DNA of 20,000 nucleotides from Perkinsus olseni (Eukaryota): NCBI GenBank assembly GCA_013115125.1, contig JABANN010000084.1, positions 57,485 to 77,484 of the forward strand, read 5' to 3'. Shown piece by piece: positions 9,797 to 19,265 of this stretch (position 1 is its first letter; each line of letters starts with the position of its first letter). The notes under the pieces were generated by a model. It saw only the letters and a program-made list of their open reading frames with translations, ran no database searches and was not told where the DNA came from. The position numbers and the translations under genes were made by a program.

Positions 9797-12700
9797 ATGA
9801 TAGATCCAGCTACCGCGACAGGCGCGGATGGCAGTATCAGCAGCCCAGGAACGGACGAGGGCCCCGCTAGCGTTCACAAGGCGGCGAGGCCCTCTGAGGC
9901 CACCTCTCTGGACCCTCCTCCCATCACCCAGCGGGGCTCCATTGCTGAGATATCGATGAGAGCGGTGAGCAGCAGCGTTATGCGGTATTTCGTAATGACT
10001 CACTCAGACGGAGGCATCCTTCCACTCGGTCGCTTCGGATGTTGAACCATCGCCGAGCCATGAGGATCGGGAAGGGCCAGCTCCACACAGAATAATGTAA
10101 ACAGCTGGAGGGCTTCTCTGAATCACTTGTGAAGCTGATACCATCGGCGTCTGTCCCGGCAGGTCTGATACCCAGAGGCAATTGCATGATATTCTCACAA
10201 CGGAGTGTCTGGTCTCGACCGTACCTTGCAGTGGCTGTGGTTGTAAAGTGGGTGAGTAGGGGTGAGGGTAGCGTGAGCCGTGGAGTACTGACGACACTGA
10301 GGTGAACGCCTTTGAAGGAGCGCTGCAGAAGGACGAGACAACTGTGGCGACACAACTCTTGCCATCTCTTGCTGTTGTCGAATTGATATAAGTGGCACCC
10401 CCTAACCTTCTGATAGCTTGAGTAATTGGCCATTCTCTTCAGCACACCTCCGCGAGCATCCGTTGTTTTATGACGTTGGCACGTGTGTGAGATGTCTGGA
10501 CTACTTGGACCCGGATACAACACTAGCAGGGAAAGCGGCCCAGGACACAGCTCGAGAGCTAATTAATACTGGCTGGGAGCGTGATGATGATGATGACAAG
10601 GAGGTGGGCCGTCAGGAGGGTAGTTGCCTCCAGAGAACAAAGGCGGGGCCGCCGACACGCTGAGCGTCGCCGCGGTCGGTGCCTGGGTAAATCTGAGTTG
10701 TACAGTGCAACTCAGAGTCGACTCGACTGCCGATCACAGACTCTCGTGGGCTGGTCATTGTACGCCGAGAATTATAAGCCACCGAGTTCCGAATTGGTCA
10801 CACTGTCTGCGCTAGCAGCTGTCGTCGACGGAACCCTGGCGGCCTCTCATCTTGACACACTGCGCTTAATCGTACTGGCATTTTGTTGCTCATGGTTAGC
10901 TTTGACAGATCTACTGTAGACTGTGTGGTGAGGGAGGAGAGATCCTACAATGCGACAAATGCATCAAAGCACTATGCAGGTCTCACACCTGTCTTGGCGC
11001 TTGAACGGGAGCATGCAAGAGATCTTAGGTTATGCCTGAGTCGGTGGCTGGGGGAAGAGCATTGGGAGCAATTAACAAGCAGTGACAACGACTGGTATTG
11101 TCCGGACTGCGAAGTGAACACGACCGGGATATCCCCGCTTTTGCAACTCATAAGGGAGGTACAGCGGAGCACGGGCTACCTCCATTTGCGGCAAATATTC
11201 GGACGGACCAACCAAGTCCACGACTCCTGAGTGCATCGTAGCCTTCTCAGAGACAACTGGCGGCACTGCTGGCTTACGTGTCGAAAGTGCCAGTCATGGA
11301 AGCATCCGCGCATCGAGCTGAGATAACTGCAGATGACCCTCATCCAGCCCTGCCGCTGCGGCAGCACACTCAATGGCCGGTATGGCTCCGGAACGGCGGG
11401 TGAGGACTCGGCTGAGTATTCCTGCACAACGAGCTCTGGAAAGTCAAATAGGCCCTTAGCGTTTCCTGCTGCTCCTAACGGCAGGAAACGCTAAACGCTC
11501 CTGGTGTCTTGGTCAGGTCGGTGGAAGTCCTAGCATGTCGGCAATGGCGGGAAGCTTCAGTGATAGAGGTCTTCGATGACTCCTGCTATTGTCGGTATCA
11601 AACAGCTCGAGGTCTCTGGAGTGAAGAGATCCCACCGCAAAGGATTCGTCGGTCGGGGGCTGTGAACACTGTTAATAAAGAAGGAGTAACAGGGCGCACT
11701 AGGGTCCCTAGTCTAGGGACCTCAAGGCTAGCCTTTCCTTCTATTTGGCGACTCTCAGGACGTCCTCATCGATGGGCGTTCGGTGTCTGTCTGCCGGAGA
11801 GAAGAACTGGAGCCCGAGCTTGAGAAATTTGTCCTGACCGAGGACATATCGCGAGGTGGCGTTGTGCTACACAGGAATGACCTTCGCAGCGTGACCTGTT
11901 CAGGGCTCGAACGTCTACCGATACCGCTGGTGGTAGATCAGAGCCGCTTGGGCGAAACGAAAGTATTATGCAGGAGCTCATAATGCGGTACGAGTTGCCT
12001 TTCAGGGGGAGGCCTTGACTCGAGTGTGGCAGCCAACATTCACGTATGTTAATCATTCAGTGGCGGGGAAATCCTTAATTGGCACTGCCATTCCTATCCG
12101 ATGTGTTGGCGCGTGTGTTGGGTGCCAAGGAGACCGGTGAGATCGGGATGAGTGCGATACGTGACGATACGCAGCAGTAGCCATGCGCAGCCTGAGATAG
12201 TTGTGGACGTCTCACCAAGGCCATAGCTCTGTCTGGAGAATTATCCGGTGGCGTCATGCTTTTCTCGCAGCAATTTACCAGGGGCGGAGTCATTCCAACT
12301 AGTCAGCAAGCCGAATCCTGGCGCTTTACGACTACTGCAGCCGATTCGATCTGGCCGTTTTGCTGAGAGTGTCTACCTGGACTGGGAGAAGCTCTGGTTA
12401 AAAAGGCTCTCCTTAGAGGCCTCCCATCCGAGGAGGGTCGTAGTCACACAGCGGCCGGTGCATAAGGATTCGAGAACTTGATACCCCGCTATGTTCCTGA
12501 CCCAGGATATGTAGACACCGCTGATCCAAGGGAGTGAGCTACACTCTACTGGCATTTCTGATTCGGGTCTAGTAGAGCCGAATCAGTAAAGCAGCCCTAC
12601 TACGACTGCGAGCCGTAGTATGAACTGTTTCTCTTTGCCCGCCCTCTGTGACTATACACAACCCTCCGTGGTGATACCAGCTCTGCGTGGCAGAGCTATC

Positions 12701-15068
12701 CTTAGTCCCCCAGCAACCAAGTATCTCTAGCGTCGTCTCATATTTACCTGTTACTGGTGGAAGTTCCACAGCCTTGTCACTCACGCCTACAACAGCTCTC
12801 CTCTACCAGGCTCCTCTCTTGCTGCCGCTGCCGTTACTCTAAACGACCTGTACCTAGCCAAGGGCTCTACCACATTGCTACCCGGTGGAGCTGCGGATCC
12901 AAGCTCATCCAGCTCATCCAAGGTCGACAACAAAGTTGCTCAGGTGGCGGCGACAGTGAGGGAGTCTCTCGGTGTCAGCCTCAAGCTCTATCAGGCCAGC
13001 TGGGAACTCAGACGAGCGGCATTACGTTAGTCCTGGGCTCTCTCCTCTGTCAGCCGGATTCTACGGGGAGTGTACGGGATTCTATGGAAGAGTTGTCCTC
13101 TAAGCAGTCTCATCTTGCCGACGAATAGATCTGCACGACGTGCGGTGCACGCCAATCTGCATAAGCAGGTTTGGCGGAACTATCTATCTTGGTCGGCTAC
13201 CCCAAAGAGCTTGAGAGGGGGCGGGTCCGTTTACTCTCATCAATAAGCATCTGAATCAGGAATCTGGCCTCCAACGTCGGGAGTGTAACAGAAGGGCTCA
13301 TGATGTGGAATGCTGGTGGTTATCTGGATACGCGGAGTGTCTCGGTTTGGCGTCCACGGGTGAAACGAAGAAAACCTCTGCATAATCCTACGGGGAGATC
13401 TGAGCAACTCCTGCGCCGCTGTGAGTCACAGCGTGTGACATACGTGAACCTCGCGGGGATTTGTATGTTCGCTCCGCCTATAAAGAAAGTAACATCAGAG
13501 GCTGATGATCAGCCTATCAATTGTATCGCGGGTCTTCCTGTGCTTCCTTGGTCATTGTCGAAACATTGGCACTATATTAGACGGGAACAAATCACTCCGT
13601 TGTCGATTCATATGCGAATACTATGCGAATACTATTCTTGAGTGCTCAGTGCGTTCGAGTCTCACAACTCGGGCCTGCGGGATGTCGGATAGTGCGAATG
13701 GCAGATCTATGCAAATAAAAATTGTATATGCGATCGATGTGTGCGTGTTCGCCAGGTGCCATCGGGAGCCGTCTTTCAAGGAGAGAGAACTGCGGGATAT
13801 AGAATGGAGGAATCGTGTGGAAGTTGCTTTGGGCACGTCAGACTGCGGTCGCACGTCTCTCTGCAGCTGGGGTGCGTATACTAAGAACGGTGAGTGGGTC
13901 TTATGAAGTCGGCCAATGGCACTCATTGCTGGGCCAGAGCGCAGTCGTGCCCTCGCTCGCGACCGTCGTCGTTCGATCCACCAGAAGGAGCTAGATCCGA
14001 GCCGCAGGATGACTTGTTGGCATATTTATTCGTCCGGCGGGCCATGCCAGTGTCATCAGGATATCTAAAGTGGACATTGGACTGCATTGTTGAGTGCAAC
14101 TTCCTTTGTGACTGCAACTACAATACCTGCCCTCTCCGAGTTGTTCAGAAAGGAATCACAAAACGGCTTGAAGTTTTCTGGTCAGCCTGCAACCCTGAGA
14201 CCACTGCTCGTGGAACTGTTCATTGTTCAGGACTGGTCGTGATCGTGGCTGGGGCGTGAGGTCGGTCGAGCCCATCAAGGTGGGTTCAGCGTCCCCAAAA
14301 CATCGGGGGGCCTCCATCCGCTGCAGGCGGGAGCATTTATATGTGAGTATGCCGGTGAATTGCTGCCTGAGAGCGTCGCTGAAGCTCGAGGGAAGGAACT
14401 TAGTGACAACTATCTCTTTGACCTCGCCCGTCATGGTGCTGGCAAAACGTAAGGTGCCCATTTGCAGCTGCGACTAGCTAGGGTTGGGCTCTCCAGGTGG
14501 AGAGTAGGAGCAGGCGGAGCGCAGCCTCCTCGGAAGAAACGATCGACTTTGGCGGGTGATCGCGAAGTGGCGACCGGCTCTAACGGAGAGGTGAAGAATC
14601 TTGTCTCCCATCACAGTCGGATGTATAATCTTTCCAGACATTCCAATGCTCTTCGTCCGAAGACGATGACTCTGTTGTCTCGATATGCGAGGACGTCGCG
14701 AGGAATTCTGAGTTCACTATAGATGCTCATTACTTCGGCAACGTTGGTGGGTCAAAGGAGCCGCGTCTGCCTCCTTTGATTGTGCTGGCTCCAGGTCGGT
14801 TTGTGAACCATAGCTGCTCGCCCAACTTGGTCATACAGCGGGTCCTCGTCGATACTCACGACTACCGCCTACCCAGGCTGGCTTTGTTCGCAGAGACTAA
14901 CATCGACTCTTCGGTGGAGCTCACGTAGCTGTCCGCATCTAATGGTCTTGCGGTAGCCCCGCTTTTCCCACTTTCAGGTATGACTACGGATATCGAGTGG
15001 GGCTGGTGGCAGGCAAGACGATGGAGTGTAAATGCGGATCGGCAAACTGCAAGCGGAGACTTTACTGA
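9797..15068 (+). CDS. SUV39/SETDB1-family histone H3K9 methyltransferase with N-terminal ADD and Tudor/Agenet-like domains
   Basis: The spliced product has a pre-SET entry DISRGLERLPIPLV..PTFTYVNHS and pre-SET end IVECNFLCDCNYNTCPLRVVQKG. SET motifs are RGWGVRS, GAFICEYAGE, IDAHYFGNVGRFVNHSCSPN, VLVDTHDYRLPRLALFA and ELTYDY. The post-SET is CKCGSANCKRRLY followed by the stop at 15066-15068. The start codon is uncertain (9734, 9797 or further upstream). Confidence 0.9.
10227..11113 (+). other. ADD (ATRX-DNMT3-DNMT3L) zinc-finger domain, spread over at least 4 exons
   Basis: A GATA-like finger CSGCGCKV..HLREHPLFYDVGTCVRC is followed by WERDDDDDKE|IYCRLCGEGGEILQCDKCIKALCR|LCLSRWLGEEHWEQLTSSDNDWYCPDCE. 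All 12 cysteines show ADD spacing. Compare the recalled DNMT3 CxxC..EHPLF..CxxC and ATRX [36 protein letters not shown]. Confidence 0.85.
11517..11650 (+). other. Tudor/Agenet-like domain exon
   Basis: (WLRNG)GSVEVLACRQWREASVIEVFDDSCYCRYQTARGLWSEEIPPQRIR fits the Agenet/Tudor pattern G.xVEV....W..A.V......Y......EE.....RIR. Confidence 0.6.
12560..13255 (+). mobile_element. Probable degraded LTR-retrotransposon integrase fragment inside the 1222-nt intron (12534-13755) of the SET gene
   Basis: Broken frames read GLVE/RISKAALLRLRAVV*, which resembles the integrase G.VER helix. A later frame reads WWKFHSLVTHAYNSSPLPGSSL..TLNDLYL, resembling the W..L..AYN..P core end. Stops and frameshifts are present and no LTRs or TSD were found. 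Confidence 0.45.
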
Positions 15069-15502
15069 GTATTCATAAGCTTGACCTCTTTCCCTCCGAC
15101 ATAGTTGTGTTGAGCTCCTGATAATGGGGAGGCACCGCCTTCCTATGCCGGCGCGCCACATCACTGTGGCTTCTGCTATAAGTCCTAGTAGGTGGGTCTC
15201 CCAGCGTCTCATCAGATGTGCGAGAGTCTGGGCTCCGGGTCGGTTTCTACAGCAGCTAAAGAAGGAATACAGTCGATGAAGAACAGTGGAATCTACAACG
15301 GACGGCCACAGCGCGCTGAGGTCTAGATAAGACTGGCTACAGTAGAAAAGGTTACGGAAGCGGATTGAGTTAGCGACCACGTGAGTAAGGAATCAAAGAT
15401 TGCCTCGCGGTAGGAACCTGTCAAACACCACAACTCAAGGAGCTGTGAGCGTTTCATCTCATCTAGCCTGGGCTGAAAAGTATCAAGATCGCGTATGTCT
15501 GT

Positions 15503-15584
15503 GACACTTTGGCCGAGTGGTTAAGGCGGCGGCCTGCTAAGCCGTTGGGCTCTGCCCGCGAGGGTTCGAATCCCTCAGGTGTCG
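15503..15584 (+). tRNA. trnS-GCT: tRNA-Ser (anticodon GCU), intronless, long variable arm
   Basis: Acceptor stem GACACTT/AGGTGTC with discriminator G. A-box TGGCCGAGTGG. Anticodon arm GCGGC-CT GCT AA-GCCGT. Variable arm GGGC-TCT-GCCC. T arm GAGGG-TTCGAAT-CCCTC. Confidence 0.97.
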
Positions 15585-15596
15585 TTGTTGCGGCCG

Positions 15597-15600
15597 TTTT
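15597..15600 (+). terminator. Probable Pol III terminator (T4) for tRNA-Ser
   Basis: First run of 4 Ts, 12 nt downstream of the tRNA. Confidence 0.5.
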
Positions 15601-16235
15601 GACTCGTTGGTCGTGACTGGTTCAATAGAACGAAGGCGTTTTAGTGTTTGGGGAGTCTAGCTGCGCAAGGCAATCGATCTCATCTCGGGCGGTCACCAGT
15701 CGAACTTGTCCCCTCAATTTGAGGGCTCAAACCAGGGTACAACTTGCAGAATACCCCAATGTCGTAGGGAAAATCTGAGACAAGACATATGGCTGAGTCT
15801 GTGCCTTCCTAAATTTGGGTGGGCTGGGATCGGTGAACAGCCTGGTATCGTCCTCATCTCTCAACTCGGCCTGCATCTCAGTCGAGCCTTCAAGAGAAAA
15901 TGTGCCCGTTCAGTCTCCTCCTTCGTGGCGACGCCTTCCTGTTGATCAGATTACCGCCCAACCTCTCGAATCTCTCTGCCCGTCCCAGCCTCCCGTTCTT
16001 GCAGGATCCTCGTTCGCTTCCACCCTTGTGCCGATCTGACGTTGCTATCGACATGCAGTGACTTGCCCGCCCCTGCATGGAAGTCGCGAATCCGCGCGTC
16101 ATGTGGAGCTGATGGCAGGCTGGTGGCTGCATTGTGCATCATCGAGCTCAGCTTCTTTTCCATAGGCGTAGCTGTGTTGAGTCACTGATAATTATGGCTG
16201 AATGTCGGTCAGAGTGTCACAGTCTCGCGTTTACC

Positions 16236-19216
16236 ATGTTACTGCCGATGGAGACACAGCGAGAGGCCAGATCCCAGTTCCTTGACGATCGAATGGAACG
16301 CCACGCTGGAATGAGGAAGAGGAAGTCGCCGTTAATATGACTCACATATGGCCTAGACAGCTTGCCAGGTGCACCGACATGGTCTGCATCCTCCTTTGGG
16401 CGGGTTTCATGACCAGTCTCGCAATCATTTGGGCCTATGCCGCCTCTTATGCAGATTTGCGGCGAATTTCTCACCGCTTCAACTACAGGGGTAACAAGCG
16501 CCATTTGTCGCTGAAAAATTGTAATGGAAAGTTCAAAAAATGTCAGGGGAGCTTTGCGGTGCAGACTTAGCCGTTCTGGACAAGCCTTTTCTCTACTGGT
16601 GTGCTGGGATCGAAGACGGGTCTCACACCACCCTTGCCATGAACTATGAGAACCCCATCTGCGTTGAGCGCTGTCCGACCGAGGGCGACCCCTTGGAGAT
16701 GCTGCCTTGCCCCATGCCTGCTAGGGTGGACATCGTTCGCACTGGTGACGCTCCGTACACTGGGAACACTACGACTATCACGCAAGTGGTGGTCCCGCAG
16801 CGAGGACTCGACACCGTACCGCTCGCTGGTCGGTACTGTATCCCGAAGGACACCTTCCTTTCGAAGCAGGTGCATCTCGGTGAGGAGGGCTTTGGTGGTC
16901 TGATGATCTACTCCACAGGTGCTGCGAGGCCCGCTCTTAGAGCAGCCCCAGCAGGCCATCGACTACCTATTGGAGCTGAAGAATGCCTCGAAAGATGTGG
17001 CTGCCGGTAGTCATCTCCACTTGTCGCGTGCATTCCCTTCGACCAGGTCTGCTGGCGGCTATACTGACCAGCTACGGGTACATTATTCTACTTAGGAATA
17101 ACGCCAAAGTGAGTGGCATCCTCAGCTCATGCAGTTAATCACTACCGCTCAGTTGGTGGCAACGGCATCACTGGCAGGCTTGGTGATTGCATCAGTCGCC
17201 TTCGGTATTGCGTGCCTCCGAAACACAACCACAGCCGCCAACGCAAACCCTCGCCTACTATCACGCATAGTCGGCATCTTGTGCTTCGCGTTGGCCTTTG
17301 GCTGCATGCTAGTCTCCTATAAGGCGCAGGAGGCATTTAGGCTGGGGTCCGCCTACGCGCAGGAGACTTGTAAGCTTCATTAGAACGCCCTTGTCGTATT
17401 CCAATGCTCCCTTTCAGGCAAAGTCGTTTTCTCTGTCCCGTCGCTGTTCTTGTACCCAATGGTTGATGCCTCTATCAAAGTTACTGTGGCTGGGGTACCG
17501 TTGTGCGGCCTTGTTCGTAATGTTCGGTCAATGTTTGTAGATTCTTGGTCGTGGCTTCCTATGGCTGGTTGCCAGCGGTTCCGTCAACACTGAGCGAGCT
17601 CTGATCAACGGCCACGAGATAACCGACAGTCACCGCACGTTCGCATATTCAGGAAAAGAGCTGTAGGTTGCTGACGCGTTGAAAAAACCGGCGACGCGTG
17701 CTCGTCAGGTGTATGATGGTTTACTGGCTGGCTGCTACCTTATGGGTTTTCGAGTTCCTTATGGCGCTGTCCCATTTCGCCGTCAGCTACGCGACAATGC
17801 TCTACTACTTCGCTCCAACGGAGATATCTGGTGAGAGGCAGGTGAGAAGGAAGTAGAGTTCTCTTCCCCTTTCAATCGTCTCGAGATGCCTGGAGGTCTC
17901 TTTGGCGTTATAACTAGTAAACGAAATTGATATGGAAGCTAGGATGGCGAGAGTACTTTCAGTCGGCAGATTCCTCGACTCTCAACCTACCGTGGTCTCC
18001 TGAGCGGACTGGTTTATCACACGGGGACGATTGCCTGGGGATCACTATTGACGATGATACTTCGGCCCTTGAGGATCTTATTCTTCCTCGTTGAATGGGC
18101 GTTGGACGGGCCAACCAATACTGTTATTACCTCTTCTCTGGCCAAGCGGCTATCCTATAGTCTCAAGTTCCATCGGCGGTTTCTCAAATTCATCTGCGGA
18201 GATGCGTGAGTCTCCCGGCGCGCCCCGATTGCCCTCTGACAATTCGATTTGGCAGAGTTTTGTTGCAGGTATATTGATGTGGCCTTCAACTCAAGCTCCT
18301 TCCTAGCAGCGGGAGCAAATGCTTTTAAAGTCATGCACACTGATAATCAACTCTCGAGAACGATTTTAGTAACGCCGCTTAGCGGTCTGGTGGGAGCCTC
18401 TGACTGCTTTTTTGGTTCGTTTTCAGATGTTCCAGTGTGTTGGCGTTGTTTTATCCGCCGTTTTCGGCGGTTACGTGGCTTACGTGGTGACAACTTGTGA
18501 TGCTACCATGATGAACAGCCAGCATGAAAGATTTGTGAGTTCAACGGAGAAGCTCGTGAAAACCAGCAAGCCCAATGCCGAGGCAAAGCGCAACATTAGT
18601 GGTTAAAGCTTCCGAAAATGCTCTCTCAAACTATGAGCAGCTCGTTGGACGACCCGGTGAACTTGTAGAGGATCTCCTCAACTCCTCAGCAGCGTTCTCT
18701 CCAGAGTCGACTATAAAGATATGGACATCAGAAATTTGTCAATATATCCAGTGATAAGAGCCTCCGGCCGTGCCGTTGTTGTAAATACCGGTGTGCAAAA
18801 GCCCTGCGAAGATCCGCCCTGTACCCTACTCTCACCAGTGGTCGGCACTTCTGTCCAGGCAGCTCTCGGCATTCACGGTTGCGCTGCGGGCTTGGCTCGA
18901 AGGATGCGATTTTTATTCAGCATGTCAGGTATCATCTCCGTTCCTCGTCTCGACCATCTGCTCCTTTCTCGGTGGTGTTCTTTCAATGAGTTCCATGGCT
19001 GTCCTCCGTGCAACAGCGGAGTCATTACTGTACCAAACACAGTTTTAGATATTTCCTCATTCTGCCTCGGTCAGGTATTGTTACTCAGTTGATCAGCCGA
19101 ATCCTGGGTATAGAGATCATGCTCCAGTTTGTCTCCGGGAGACGATATCGTCAATGAGAAGAAGTGTGAATGCCGACGTCGCCGAAACCACCATGCGCCG
19201 AGTGTATGCCGAGTGA
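16236..19216 (+). CDS. Choline transporter-like protein (SLC44/CTL family), multi-exon, apparently intact
   Basis: Spliced motifs include RCTDMVCILLWAGF, ADLRRISHRFNYRGELCG, ICVERCP and LAGRYCIP. Later motifs are YHTGTIAWGSL, AYIDVAFNSSSFLAAG, and VSSPFLV..ATAESLLYCYSVD, with multiple TM segments. The stop is TGA at 19214-19216 and the start is 16236 or 16248. Confidence 0.9.
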
Positions 19217-19265
19217 CTGTGTTTCACCTTTCCTCCTGTTTGTGCTGAAGTTGATGGATGCCGCA

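Noticed and set aside
10094-10099. ATG TAA as the end of an upstream gene
   Set aside because: A GT-AG intron starting within it restores the frame into the ADD domain, so it is probably intronic.
11191-11241. Apparent GC-AG intron after the ADD domain
   Set aside because: A single canonical intron 11114-11241 gives CPDCE|PSQRQLAALL, which fits the ADD C-terminal helix. No GC donor is required.
14862-15380. 172-aa minus-strand ORF (and similar long antisense ORFs at 3743-4156, 6999-7481, 8806-9249, 9978-10523 and 16567-16959)
   Set aside because: They overlap well-supported + strand exons in antisense and lack recognisable motifs, so they are treated as shadow ORFs.
15710-15724. Palindrome ccctcaa-t-ttgaggg downstream of the tRNA
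   Set aside because: About one 7+1+7 palindrome is expected by chance in 20 kb, and this one is isolated.
18890-18905. cttggctcgaag resembling the 3' end of the dinoflagellate/Perkinsus spliced leader
   Set aside because: It is only a short imperfect match and the ACCGTAGCCAT 5' part is absent. No SL RNA gene is seen in the window.
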